From: Vicugna vicugna | Taxonomy: Eukaryota | Reading direction: 5' to 3' | Assembly: GCA_013265495.1 (NCBI GenBank) | Contig: MU061579.1 | Coordinates: forward strand, 4,364,327-4,428,326 | DNA: 64,000 bases | In this document: one piece after another, positions 37,441 to 51,690 of the stretch | Position numbering within the stretch: the stretch's first letter is position 1 | Layout of the letters: every line of letters starts with the position of its first letter | Program-made: the position numbers and the translations under genes | The notes under the pieces: model-generated | What the model was told of the DNA's origin: nothing | The model's database searches: none | The model's input: only the letters and a program-made list of their open reading frames with translations

Positions 37441-40400
37441 ATTAGCTGAAGGAATCATGATCTTTATTACTCTCCAGTTGAAATCTTGGAGATTATCATA
37501 CCTTTTTCTCTTCTGATGCTCATCATGCTCCCTTACTCAAAATGTTGAGCATTATCATTCTACAGGTTCTACAACAGGCATAGGACATGGGTTTCATAGC
37601 TCATACTCTCATACCCCAATTAAGAACTTAAAAAGACCATCTTATCACACACGATTTAACTGGTCACAGTATTTAAATATATCACCTATTGTTTCATTAT
37701 TTTTAAAAAATACACACTAAAATCTACTCTAAAATTATGTTTCAAGTATAGTGGGAAATTCCATAGGGAAATTATTTTCAAAGAAATTCTGGTCACTTTT
37801 GAAAAAAATACTATATAACTTTCACATGACAGCTACTTTAAAGGAGAAAATACTCAATTAAATATATTTGTTAAAATATAACTTCTCACACTATTTTTAG
37901 CTATACTTTCTGAAAGTCTAAAAGTCTCCTAGTCTTACTTGCTATATAGTGGAAGTTTGCTGCTGGTCCTTGGCACCGTCATAGACTTCAATTCACGTAA
38001 ATCTTAACTCTTTGCTCCTTAGCAGTTACCTCCAGGACACACAATATAGTAAGTACTCATCCTATATCCAGGGTCCAGATATTCTACCTACCTCTTTCTG
38101 GCCCATCCCTAGGACTTATTTTGGCCCATGGTACACTTCCCATGAATACAATGTTCTTATTTTGTCTATTTAGTTTGCTGGGTCTCAGTTCATAAGAGCT
38201 GATAAACCAACACTTGGAATTACAGTATGACTATTTCACATGCTGTCTGGTGTCATTTCTTTCCTTTTATCATCTGTTCTAACTTACTCTGACATTTTCT
38301 TTTCAGCATACTTAGCCAAAATGCATCACCATTAGTGCAGAATTTTTAGTTAAACATAAACATGTTGGCTATGTGAGTTAAAGTTAAGTATATTCCACAT
38401 GTATAAATATTAGCATGCAGTATAGCATCCAAAGATACAATCTTACAGAATAATTAAAATACTTACCTTTAATATATGAGAACTTGCTTTGAAAAATAAA
38501 TCCTACATTCACCCACAAAAATAACATTTACCAGAAAATTTCCAAATTATTTTCTCAGAGGAGTATCTCCTACTATTATCATGAGAGTTGGATGTCAGGA
38601 GCAATTGAATTATCTCATACTTTTAGTTGTAGAATTACTCCCTTTGCTTAAACAATAGAAATTAAGGTTTTAAGTCTGTGTATAAATACAAAAAATGAGA
38701 TGTTGGCAATATGAATTTGTACATATAAATAAGAATGCTTGTATTTTTTATAACATTGTTCTCAATTTGGCTTTATAGCCAAATAGTTTTGTGATTATAT
38801 GGGACATTTTATACTTAAATATGAGTAAAAAGTATTTTCCATATGCTAAAGTTTGGGAGAGACTAATGAGCGTTTTAGAATTTTGTTTAAAAGAAAAATG
38901 TATATTCCAAAGTAATTCTGCATTTTGTTAAGAATTATGATTTGTGAATTCACACCCTATATATTAAAGCAAAGTCCATTCAATACATACATAAATAATG
39001 GAATTAATAATATAAAAATTGAATAATTGATCAAATAATATCGCAAATGGTTAGCAGTCATTTGCTTTTACATGAAAGTCAAATGATAAAATTGAGGAAA
39101 ACAGAAAAGTCATATACTTTTATCCAAGTAGATTGATTATCTGATCTTCCTTTTGAAGTCTAAGGTGCTCTCAAATATGTTATGAATCTTTCTGAACTAA
39201 AAGATAATTTTTATAAAATGTGTATGAAGGTTTTGTGTTGATCTTTATTTATTTTTCAACAATGGGAGCAATGTTTCAACTTAGCAATACAGAACAGAGA
39301 AAAAGGTACTTGAATATTTACCAGACTTCTCTTGGAGAAGGAAATACATTGAGAAGCCAGTTTGCTATAGAGGGTGAGACTCTGAAGGCATTGTTTGGAA
39401 TGAGGAAGCAAGTGACAATGGCCTTATCTCGGTTAATAATGGGTGGCAATTTATAAATCCAGAGAGTATATGTATGTATACATTTTATACCACCTTCCTG
39501 AATATGAATACCTTTATTTCATGTATGTAATCCTTAAAGTCATTTTTGAGAATCTCATCAAAGATTAACATGAGATACCTGAAGTTTTAACATCTCCCCC
39601 CTTAACTAAAGATGTAAATATGAACGAAGCATTAAAAATATAACTAGATATTGCAAACTTCATTTACATATTTTCAAAAACTCTAAAATATGTAGGTAAT
39701 GTCTCACATTAATAAAACTTTTAACCTCATTAATTTAAAATAAGATAGAACCACAAGTTAGTTAAGAGAGAAATAAATGAAAAGGAATCAAGTAGAATAA
39801 AAGCCTGGAGGGAGGATGGGAGAAATTGATGAAGGAAAGGAAGGAGGGAGAAAGGAGTGGAAGGAACAAAACCATGAAAGCAATTAATTGAACTAATGTG
39901 AAAATACATCTGTTCTTTTTTTCAGAGAGCAAGCCCTTTAAAATGACTAATTAGCATGGCGTGCTGGAGGCTATTGCATAACTATTGATTTAATGAGTGC
40001 AACTGATTGTATTTTTTTCGAAAGTTAGAATTGCTAGGTTGTAGGAAGTTTAAAAATCATAGAATTCATTTTCTTGCCCTTGGGCAGAAATATTCCCATC
40101 ACTCAGAGACCACAGCATTTATCTCATTTTTTAAATGTCCAGAGAAGGAAATCATACGATTCCCTCCAAAAACATACCTTAACCTCACAAAGAACCCTGT
40201 CTCAGAAGCATAACTTTTATTTACTACCAAATAGCTCATTAAGTAATGTTGAAAAAATAAAGATGCTCTGGTTTTATGGTCTCTATATGCTTACAAATGG
40301 ATCTTAAAAGGGAGAATTAAGACTGGGCTTGGCTGTGGTAAAGACTCTTCTTTAAAGTGTAAATTTTAACAGAAAAAATAATCAATATTATAAATGAAGT

Positions 40401-43359
40401 AATATTATGATAAATTACCCCCTTTGTATAAGGAAATATGAATTTCAAAGGGAATAAATGCAATGTTTGTTCCCTTCAGTCCAAGCCAAACAATCACTAT
40501 TTAAAGGGATAATGAAGTAACAAGTAGCTTAAAGAAAAAAAATTTTCTGCAAATTCTTAATTCTTGCCCACAATACAATCCTTAAGTTTTTTTACTAAGC
40601 ACCTTGGATGACTTACCCATACAAATACACACATATGAAATTTTAAAAGGACCAAACAGCTGCTTTAATTAAAATTTAGGTAACTGGTATAGTAAATCCA
40701 GAGCGACTTCTCCGTTGAAATGTGGCCACTGCCACTTTCCAGTTAGAGAAAAAAGAAAAGAAAGAATATGGAATCCCAAGGCACAGGGAAATACTAACAA
40801 TACTTTCTCTTATGTACCAAATTTGAAATGCAAATTCCACTGAGACAAGCCTTTATTCATTCTAACTCTTGACAAATTAGAATTCTGTTTCACTATTAAA
40901 AACAGCCCTTTAAAATATGTTTTTTGCTTTACTTTTCAAGTTGTCAACCTTACCATTTTAATGAATAAAGACTTTAATTAAGTAACAGCCTGAATTTTGG
41001 CCTCTCTCATATAGCATTTTAAGCAAATTAGTGTTGTAATAAATTTTTCATGTGACAAATACTTTAATTGCTTTAAGTGAAATAGTTGTTTTGTCTATTC
41101 CATTAAATCTTTTAGTTCATGCTATAGCTTTAAAATTTAATAGAGATACTCTTATATGGATATTTATTGATTAAATAATATAGATGTTTAAAAAGGTTTC
41201 TTCTTTTGACTAAATAATTTAAAAGGTGAATATCTAGGCCCCAAATTCTTTGGACTATATAGAACTGAAAGAGAATTACTGTTTAGGGCTGTAATATTAT
41301 AGAATTATAATACCTGTGTAATTATAGTATATATATATATAAATGAGACATAGAATTATAATTACCTGTATAATTGTGCCGTAGTGTAAGTCTCCTTTAC
41401 CCATTTTTATTTCAACAGAAACAACATGGTATTGCAAATAAATATGTTTACAATTGACTTCAAAGCTTTTTATACTCAGATGAATTCTCATTCATATTTA
41501 TCATCATTTGACATATAAATCTACTTTTAAAAGTCTAACAAGTATTTTGTAGGAAATATATGTACTCATTATAAATGATTCAGATGTTGACATGACTAAC
41601 ATGTATTTCCAATAGCATTTAAGTTGTGAGAGATCTTGTATTTCTTCACGTTTCTAAATAAAATCTAATCTCTTGCATTTATCTGAAATAATCAATAATA
41701 CACCTCCAGTGTTCACTGAAGCATCCATCTACTGTATATAAGAGTTTAGCCAAGTCCATAAGGACCTGAACTTTCCTGTGATTTTACTCTTGTCCAATTT
41801 GTGATTGCTTTTGTAGTATTTTAAATGGTAGATGCTTGTTGTGACCAATTCTATATGTTTATTCACCCATATTACCTAAGACATGATTTATACTGAGGTG
41901 GTAAAACATTCACTCCTTTCGCTCCACTCCTTTCAGAACTTTCCCAGACTGACTGCTACTCTCAATTAAGTGCATTTATTCCTCATTAAAATAATAATGA
42001 TGATGTATTATGAGAAGGAAAATAAAGTGTAGAAAAATTGCTTATTTGTAGAAAATGTGATCATGCAAACATTAACACAAAAGAATCAACAGCCAAACAT
42101 TAGACTTTAAAAATAAATTCAGAAAACCAAGGAAACTAGATATTATATTAATAAACAAGCTCAAGTACCTATGAAAAGGTAGTAAGATTCATGTTAAAAT
42201 TATACTGGATTATTCTTGAAATCTGTACTGCTATTGGCTAGATTTTATCTTCCCATGTTTTGTAGTCATATATTAAAATAAAATGTTTCACATCATTTTT
42301 AACTTTAAGACAAAAAACAATACAATCAAAATGATAAATTACAGCTTATATGTGGTGAGTCTTATTGGAGAATTCAGGCGGTCCTGAGGGTTGTGGCTAA
42401 TGGCAAAGCACCTTGACCTTCTAAAGAAGGAGGGACATTCATCTTTGGGTATTTATAAAGAAGAGTGTGACCCAGAATTGCTGGATATTCAGAATTTTTC
42501 TAGAGAAGGTAATTCTTAAAATGTTTCATGAGCTAAATAAGAATTTTTGAGAAAAGTTACCTATTTCAAAAACAAACAGACAAATAAATAAATAATAATG
42601 CAATTAGTGAGGGGAGAAAAGTCTATCATGTAGTGTTCAAGTTAAAGGTAATTTATTTATGACTCCTAGATCTTCAAAATCAATTGAGGTGGTCTCTGAG
42701 TCACATCTTCCCTTTTTTCTCTCATGTCCTGAAATATGAAAAATAGGTCAGTTCTCCTAAAAGGCTAAGAATCACAAAGCTGACACAAAGTCCTGACTAC
42801 CATGCATGGCATATTGTATGGGGTTATAGAAAATCATCTTACTTTGTTCTTGATGAGTTCATAGCTTTAAAATTAAAGTATATTAGTTAATTTTAATAGT
42901 TGTCTTTTTATCTCTCATACACAGGACGAAGAAGTTTCTACTTACCTAAGCCTTTTTTCCTTGCATATATGTCCATTCTGGGTTAGTGGAACCTTGGGAT
43001 TTAGGCTCGTGGGAAGGCCTAAATGACTAAAATGAAATTCTAAAAAGTAGAAGAAGCCTTTTTGATATCTACAGAGTATGTCTTTGATACCTACAAGTTG
43101 TATTGAAGTCCATGGATACCTGATTGCTGAGTTGCAAAAAGAGAAATGAGGATATATAATAGGACGTTGAGATAACACCATAAAATTATGTTTTTAATTG
43201 GAAGACTTCTGTCTCTTCACTTTAAGTAATTAATATGTTTAATTTTACATCTTCTTTAGCACTGTTTGCTTTCTATTACTTTGTATTCATTTTTATTTCC
43301 CTTTCCTGGCCTCTTTTTGATTAATGGATTATTTTTACTGTTGCACTTCTCTGTCTATC

Positions 43360-43461
43360 GTTAATTATGAGACTCACAGTCTTTTTGAAGGCCACTCTGC
43401 TTTACTCAGTCTACCAACTTAAGTATTACTCACCCAAAAACACTCTCACAGAGACACCCAG
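43360..43461 (-). mobile_element. MLT2-like LTR fragment
   Basis: ctgctttactcagtctaccaacttaag...cccaaaaacactctcacagagacacccaga. Confidence 0.55.
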
Positions 43462-44870
43462 ATGTTTATATCCATGTCATCAAATTTGGGAACTTTTCAG
43501 CCATTATTTCTTCAAATATTTTCTCTGCCCCTGTCTCTCTCTTCTACTTCTGGAATTTTGACAATATGTGTGTGGATCTCCTTGATGGTGTCCCACAAGT
43601 CCCTGAGGCTCTGTTCACATTTCTTAAGTCTTTTTTACTTTGTTTCTTAGATCTGATAATTTTCATCATTCTGTCTTTAAATTCACTGTTTTCTTTCTTT
43701 GTTTTGTGTGTGTGTGTGCTTTTTTTGTTTGTTTTTTGTTTTTTGCTTTTTGTCAATTTAAATCTACCTTTGAATTCCTCTAGTGAATTTTTCATTTCCA
43801 TTATTATACTTTTCAGCTCCAGAATTTCTTTCTGGATCTTTTTAGGTTTTCTATCACTTTGTTGATGTTTCCATTTTATTCAAACATTATTTCCCTGACT
43901 TTCTCCACATCTTTATTTAGCTTTTTAAGCATATTTAAGATTGTTGCTTTAAAGTCTTTGTTTAGTAGATCCACCATCAGGTTTTTGTCAGGGACAGTTT
44001 CTGTTGATTGATTTTTTTCTTTGGATAAGCCATGCTTTCCTGTTTCTTTGTATACTTTGTGATGTTCTGGTTGAAAACTGAATGTCAAATAAGGTTCAGT
44101 TTTGAGTCAAACAATATGGCAACTTTGGAAAGCAAAGGCTTTCCTTTCCCCTGGGTTTGCTGGGTTTTGTTGTTGTTTAATTTTTTTAATTTTTTTGTAG
44201 GCTGTCTCTGTACTGAGGATCCGTGTGAGGTGTAACTTTAAGGTCTTCTCAGATCTTTTCTGAGTCTGCACCTTCCTCTGGGCATGTATGGTTTGTGTCT
44301 GTTTTCCCCCTTAATATGCTGTTGTTTATGAATGTCCTAGTCTTCAATATCTGGGTCCTAAAAGGGAAAAGTAAGAAAAATAAAAGACAGGAGGGAACAA
44401 AAGGTGACAGCCCTTTAAATTCTATGAAAGTCATTTCAGCCACAAAAGGAGGGTCTTGAAAGATCGATGGAGGTGTAACAACAATGGCTGGCTACTTTTA
44501 TGTCTGCACTTCTGTGATCAGAAGCAGGACTCAGTGATCAGAGCACATATCTCCAATATTTAAAGGACAGAGTCCTTCTTGCCCATCTTAGCTTCATGCT
44601 CTGTGCAAACTTCTCTAGGAACATGTACACAGGTACCTGCCATACAGCTAAGGAGTGAGATATGGGTAGGTACTAATGTGCTAAGATCTGAAATTTATGA
44701 AAATTAATGACAGTTTACCATTCACATCATGATCTGAAAGTGGAGATCTTTAATAGTCTCCAGAGTTCTAAAATAGTTACATCAGACAGACTGCCAGTGC
44801 AATTGTTATCTAGTTGGGGAGAAAGGTTTCTGGTGCTCCCTACTCTGCCATCTTCCCAGAATTTTCTCAT
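43462..44870 (-). mobile_element. Ancient L1 (L1MC/MD-like) 5' UTR plus decayed ORF1
   Basis: ORFs 43876-44088 (DLLNKDFKATILNMLKKL) and 43544-43801 (EMKNSLEEFKGRF...EFKDR) resemble the L1 ORF1p N-terminus and coiled coil, frameshifted. Confidence 0.85.
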
Positions 44871-44879
44871 CAAGAGAGA

Positions 44880-46110
44880 TATATTTTTACCACATTAACT
44901 ATTATTTTTTGTTCAGTAAACATAAATTTGATTTATCTTAGTAATTACATGTGTATCATTTGTCATCCCTTTCTGACAATAAGTTTCCAGTTTGTGTAAA
45001 AATGTGTTTACTTTGTCATCATTTTGGGGGTATTTTCATTGAGTGTGGAATTGTAATCATTATTTTCTTTCAGCACTTTTAGTATATCACTGTATTATCC
45101 ATGTCTTTCATTATTTCTATCAAGAAGCCAAATGATTGTCTTATTGTTGCTCCTTTTATGTTTTTCCTTCCTTCTTCCCTCCTTCCCTTCCTCTGCCTCC
45201 TCCCTTTTTTCTTTTTTCTTTCTTCTTTGTCTTCTTCCTTCTCTTTTTCTCTTCTCACTCTTCATTCTCTTCATCCTCTCATCCTCCTCCTCTCGTTCGC
45301 AATTAATAGGCCACCTCAAATATGTAAATTACTGCCTTTTGACAGTTTTTGAGAATTCTTTAAGATAATATATCTTCAAATAATGTTTACTGCCATTCAC
45401 TTCCTTCTTTCCCTCTGAGCCTCCAATTATATGTATATTTGAACTTTTTCTTATGCCCCACAAGTTTTAAAACTTTTTTGTGTACTTTTCATTTACCCCT
45501 CTGTGCTTCAGTTTATATGACTGGTGCTAGTATACCTTCTAGTTGATGTCTTTTCTCTAGTCAGGGACTGTGCTCACTCTCGGCTGGGTTGCGGCTCTAG
45601 TACTGCTTATTCTGCCTCTAGGTTTCTGTTAGCTCTTCCACGTGCTCAAATGAGAGTCCTGACTGTTCTTCATGGTCCCTCTAGTTTTTGTTTTATAAAA
45701 AAGCAAGTAACTTAGTTTTGATTTTCAGCATATTTTCACTTAGAAATTTAGCTTTCTGCTCAAGTTGTGCAGCCCAAAATTTCAGCAGATGGATGTCCTA
45801 GAGAAAAAACAAACTATGTAGTGCCACACCCATGAGTCCTTCAAAAATTCTGCTGATTTTTCTGTCGCCAGCAGTGCCATCTTGTGTTCTTTGACTCTTT
45901 GTCTAGTAACAGAAATACCTCTAGGGCTCTGCTAGTTGCTGAATTCAGATTACCTCTCCATGGTTTACACTTTTCTGCAGCTTTAGCCCATTTCTGCTTT
46001 TTCTGTTCTCAAAAAGATTATTTCTCTGATTTATTTGGATTTTTAAATAGACTTTAGTAGAAGTACGAACCTACGAATAGCTGCTACCTATCACTCAGAA
46101 GCAAAACTAT
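44880..46110 (-). mobile_element. Highly decayed L1ME-like sequence
   Basis: tattttctttcagcactttt...aagaagccaaatgattgtc...tatatcttcaaataatgtttac...ctccaattatatgtatatt. Boundaries approximate. Confidence 0.55.
45160..45295. repeat. CT-rich low-complexity tract
   Basis: Almost pure pyrimidine run of degenerate (CTT/CCT)n. Confidence 0.9.
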
Positions 46111-48638
46111 GTATTTATTAAATTAGCCAATTTCTAGAGCAACTGTGTGACAAATATTATATTGGAGAATTTCAACATTTATATTAGGAACACGTTACAT
46201 ATATTGTATTTATATAATGTTAAATGTATATTCTAATGATAAAACTTTGTGAATAATACAATCACATCATTCAATTATAAAGGAGTGTAGAATTGTTAAA
46301 GTTTGTTTTGCCATCAGACAATATATTGGAGAATTTGATTTATTCTGAATTTTAAGCAAGTAAGCTGTTATATTAATGTATTAACACTCACAATCTGGTT
46401 TCAGAAACATTTGTTGTAACTTTGAAACTGAAAGATGGTAATTTTTTAAAGTGGGACCAGAGGGGAAAAAATGTCTTACATAATACTCCAAATAAACTGA
46501 GTATCAAAGGGCATGAGGAGAAAATGCCTTACAAATTTCCAGGAAATAAAAATTTAATTGAAAAAATCTGTCTTTCATGTGATAGTGAATGAGAAAGAAT
46601 TCAGTTCAATTATGTTGAACTATGGACAATTTTCACAAAGCATAAAGTATAAATTAAAAGCAGCATTTAGAAAACTAGATTAGCTCTTTTGGAATAAGTT
46701 CATTTAAACATTTTTTACACTTATTCTTTTGTATGAACTTATATTTTAAAATTTAGCAAATACAATCAGTCATCCATGAAAACATCCAAACTTTGAAAAA
46801 ATATTTTGGAAGACATTAATTCCTAAGATTGCCATTTTAAGCATGATTAGCATATATTTTAACTACCTTCTGCTGTGTGAAACTGATGATGATATTAGAT
46901 TTTACTGAGAAAATATTCTATTTAAAACCTCAAAATTTTCACACATTTAACTTATCAAAGCATTTTTATTTTAGAGGAAAAAATCCATTTATATTTCCTC
47001 TTATTCAAAAAAAATCCACAAAGTGATGAAGTGAATCGGGTTTTCTCATATTGCAATACATTTAACTAGAAAGCATTATTCATTTATGTCTTTAATCCCA
47101 GAGACTTGTATTTGCCTAACTTTTAAATACCATGCAGACTTAACTGAAGATTCCTGGTAATCAGTTTCAACTTATTTTTCAATAAATTGGAAAACATCTA
47201 GAATTACTTATTATCCCAATATATATTAATTGCATTTTAAAAGAGTTTTCATCCATTCCCCTGCTATATTAAGTGCGAAAAGTCTAGTTTAATTTATGAA
47301 TATTAAAGATGTTATACACTTGAGATCAGAAACCATACTCTGCTGATATCAGTATAGTTGTAGATAACACTTACTGAGTACTTGTCATGTGCCTGGGAAT
47401 GTTAGGTACTACTCAAATCTTATTTTGCATATTCAGGAAAATAGAAATTATATCAATGAACTGACCGAATTTACAGGTCTCGTAAGTGGTGGAGCTAAAC
47501 CTTGCATCCAGCCATCTGAATGTAGCAGCCATATCGCTAGTCACTATTGTAGGACATCATCTGTAGCACATCGTCTTCCAAAATATGAACTCCAAGCAAA
47601 AGACTCAGGAGATATGCATGTAAAGATCAAATTACTGGGTCAATTTTGTTATTGAGAGAACAGTTGGAGACCTTTATTTAAATATTTGGCAAACATGAAC
47701 ATCTTAATATGAAACTGCAGAAGTAGAGAAATTCCCTTACTGGTTTCCAGGCGGAGCTGGCTGAATGCCAGGTTTCCTCTGCAATGGAGAAGGTCAGAAT
47801 TCTTTCTGGACCTTCAGATGCCAATTTACCCCTCCTCCCCAGAGCTGGAATGAGTGACGGAGCAGGAAAAAAAGACTAAGGGCCTTGAAATATTCATTAT
47901 ATTCATTTCTCTGCACATAGGTAAAAAGATGTTTGCCTTCCCTAAAATCCACTCTATTGTCATGTAGATAGATAGACAGAACTCTTCATCAATAAAAGAT
48001 CTAAATTAATAAAATGTTACAGCATTTTGTAGAAATTTGTTATATTTTCTTCTTTAGGATGCCAACATAGCAATATTTTCAGAAATAAAGTTTGATTTCT
48101 GGAATTCTTAATCTGATTTTGTAATTTTTTCCATTAAGTCAAAATTTTGTGAGTTGAAGCATAATGTGTTATTGCTCCAATGGCTTCCCAACATCTTTAA
48201 AATAATAAATATTCAGACATTTTTTAAATGCTAGTTCAAAACAATGATTTATTTTTTATAGTTTCGTAGCAACTCTGGCACTGCTTTTCTCTCTTTTTCG
48301 CAAGTGATAAAATCATAGGCCCGGATGCCAGTGTGCCAGTGCACCACAGCCAATGTGACTGTACACTGCACTTCCTGAAGCATCCTCTTGTGATAGCACG
48401 TTCATTTTACATTCATTCTCAAAACCAAAAAACACAATTTTCACTGGTTAATTGGTTACTTATTTGAGTAAATAGAATTTTGCCCAAGTCAATACACATA
48501 AGATATTTACTTTGTAATTTGATTTTGTTTTACTTGCAAGCTATGACCATCGAGTGACATGGATTTCAGTTTCAAGGCTTATGATCTAGTAGAACTATGG
48601 CCCAGTTAATTATGAAGCTTAATTACTATAATGAAGTG

Positions 48639-49451
48639 CAAGCATACCTCGGAGATATTGCGGGTCTGGTTCCAGACCACTATAATAAAGCAAAGACTGC
48701 AATAAAATGAGTCACACGAATTTTTTGCTTTCCCAGGGCATATAAAATGATGTTTATGCCTTACTGTAGCCTATTAAGTGTGCAACAACATCATATCTTA
48801 GAAGATGTATATACTTAAATTAAAAAATTCTTTATTGTGAAGAATGTCTAACCATCATCTGAGCCCTCGGTGAATCGTAATCTTTTTGTCGGTCAAGGGT
48901 CTTGCCTTGATGTTAATGGCTGCTGACGGCCCAGGGTGCTGGCTGCTGAGCGTTGGGGTGACTGTGGCAATTTCTTAAGACTACAACAAAGTTTTCCACA
49001 TAGATTGGCTCTTCCTTTCATGAATACTTAGAGGCCCTTGTTGGGTTATTAATCGAGCCTACTTTCAATATTGTTGTGTCTCAGGGAGTAGGGAGGACAG
49101 AGGAGAAAGAGAGATGACAATGAGGGGGTGACCAGCTGGTGGAGAGTCAGAACATGCCCAACATTTATAGATGAAGTTCACCATCTTCTATGAGCATAAT
49201 TTGTGACAACCCAAAACCACCGCCATAGTAATATCAAAGATCACTGGTCACAGACCACCATGACAAATACGGTAATAATGAAAACATCTGAAATACTGCT
49301 GGAATTATCAAAATATGACACAGTGACAGAAAGTGAGCAAATGCTTTTGGAAAAACAGTGCCAATAGACTTGCTCAAGGCAGAGTTGCCACAAAACTTCA
49401 ATTTGTTAAAAAACACATTACAATGAACAATAATAAAATAAGGCATGCCTG
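48639..49451 (-). mobile_element. Internally deleted Tigger1 (TcMar) element
   Basis: Terminal inverted repeats caagcatacctc / aaggcatgcctg with TA flanking on the right. Both Tigger1 end regions are present and the transposase is missing. Confidence 0.92.
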
Positions 49452-51136
49452 TAGACCCAGCACTGCATGGGCCATTTAGGGGTTTCACATTATGAGGGTG
49501 TGGGTCACTCACCCTACAAAAAAGGTATAATCTACAGATAAATTTCAATAGATCACAAATGGAGATCAATGTGACAAGTCACAGTTTGTTGTTAACAGTG
49601 GCAGGAGCTTTCACTTAAAGAAGGAATTAGAGTAGTGGGTGTAAGGAACTACCAGCCTTGACCCTAACCTAGGTCTCTGATCTTTTCAGTCACAGGAAGT
49701 GAAGTGAAGGATGTAAACCGTCGAGTTTTGGTCAGCACAGAGAATTTAGTCTTTAATGTAAATTACCTGGCTCTCTGCTTAATTTATATTATTTCCTGTT
49801 AATGGAATTTCTTAACAGAAACACAAGTGAGAAGATTGCTTATAAAATAATTGATAATCCTACCTGTCAAGTAATATCAGGAGCACTGGAAACAGTGATA
49901 TGCCAACAAGGCAATATTCCATTAGACTAATGACCTGGATAACTCATGAAAGAAGACTCTGACATGGGCATGACGTGTAAATTCCTAACACATATAAATC
50001 TGTCCTTTATTACTACTACTGTTGTTGCTGTGACAAGGAAGTATTTTTATCAACAAAAGAAAAGGCAAACATTATGAACTAAACCATTTCAAGAAAATAT
50101 TTGGCCTTGATTGAAAACATGTACATCACCCTCATCACCTTACCACTCATGCAGTTTCTGATCTATTGAATATTCCTCCAAATTAAACCTTGAATCTCCA
50201 TCTTCAGTTTTCATCTGCACCGCCATTGCTCCAAGCCACAAATTAGATTCTCAGTAATGCCTTTTTCCCTCTCAAGAGTTCATCCCTTATTGCTTTGGTT
50301 AAAGGATTGTTCTCCAAGTCTTTCAGTGAAAATATTTTTCTGGTAAATTGCCCAGCCTTACATAGGATGTGCAATCTAGCACACTCAGTTCTCTGAGTCT
50401 TTTTTTCCTCTCTGCCACAGCAGCTCTAGAATCTCTAATTCCCTTAGTGTAGCCCATAAAATTTTCCAGTTTTCTAGGAGATGTATGAGCACCATGTTTG
50501 TGCAACTTCCCAGGGTTCTTACCCGAGTATTAGATCATGAGTTTCAGGGAAGTGCTCTCACGTCGATAAACCTTCCCTTACCCAACCTTATCTTCTTCCC
50601 CCTGCCACTGCCCGTTTGACTCAGCATCCTCAAAAAATAGCCCCATTCACTGTGTTCTCCTGGATTCTGCAAGCACAGGTAGGTTACACATTTCGCTTTT
50701 TTCAGGGTACAGACCCTTTCCTTCCATTCTTCCCTTAGCAGTCTAGGCATTTCCCTGGCTGTGACTTAAACTTAACTGTGGGCTTAAATGCCAGAAAGAG
50801 AGATAGGGACACTTTGTGAAAGTCAGAGAATGTACTGTGTAATTTTCAACCAAGGAGGAATAGAAAACTTAGTAGATAGAGGTAGGCTACTTGCAATCTC
50901 AGGAGAATCTGGGGATTCATAACTTTCAAGTGCATCAACTCAGATATCTTAGTGACATATCACAGTAGCTCATTCTTTCCTAATCAAGACCCTAATCTTG
51001 GCATAGCAGATGTGCCCAGGGGCCCCACTACCCTTGTGATTAAATATCAGGGCTCAGATTTTTCTGCTTGCTGACTGAAAGGAGATAAGAGTCTCCTTAG
51101 ATACTTCTAAGTAGGTTATCTGATATCCACAATTAA

Positions 51137-51500
51137 TTTTTTATAGGCTTCATTTTTAGAGCAGTTTTCAATTCGCAACAAAATTGAGAGGGAAGTTCAG
51201 AGATTACATATATACCTCTGCCTCCACAAAGCCTCCTCCGTTATCAACATCACTCACCAGATGGTGCATTTGTTACTAAGGATGAGCCTAAATTGACACA
51301 TTGTTATTGCCCAAAGTCCATAGTTTACCTTAGGGTTTACTCTTGGTATTGTGCATTGCGGGTTTGGATAAATGTATAATGATGTATATACATGATTATA
51401 TTGTCATACAGAATTTTTTTTCACTGCCCTAAAAATTCTCTATGTTCTGCCTATTAATTCCTCCTCACCCATTTCACCCCTGGTGACCACTGATCTTTTA
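51137..51500 (-). mobile_element. L1MC-like 3' UTR
   Basis: tttttagagcagttttc...aaaattgagagggaagttcagaga...cccaaagtccatagtttaccttagggtttactcttgg. Confidence 0.85.
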
Positions 51501-51501
51501 A

Positions 51502-51690
51502 TTTGAGAAGGATTGGTATGAGCTCTTCTTTGCATGTTTGATAGAATTCCCCAGTGAAGCCATCTGGTCCTGGACTTTTGTTTGCAGGGAGGTTTTTTTT
51601 TATTGCTGATTCTATTTAACTTCTAGTGGTTGGTCTGTTCAAATGGCCTATTTCTTCTTGATTCAGTTTTGGCGGACTGTAGGTTTCCAG
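51502..51690 (-). mobile_element. Internal L1 ORF2 fragment (younger lineage)
   Basis: gtttgatagaattccccagtgaagccatctggtcctggac; the minus strand encodes the [14 protein letters not shown] motif of L1 ORF2p. Confidence 0.85.

Noticed and set aside
40448..40476. Small hairpin aagggaataaatg-caa-tgtttgttccctt
   Set aside because: It is short and depends on GU pairs; expected by chance in AT-rich DNA.
41298..41376. ~27-bp direct repeat around a (TA)n
   Set aside because: Ordinary slippage duplication with only two units; not an array.
45095..45368. Overlapping charged/hydrophobic ORFs
   Set aside because: They arise from the CT-rich low-complexity tract.
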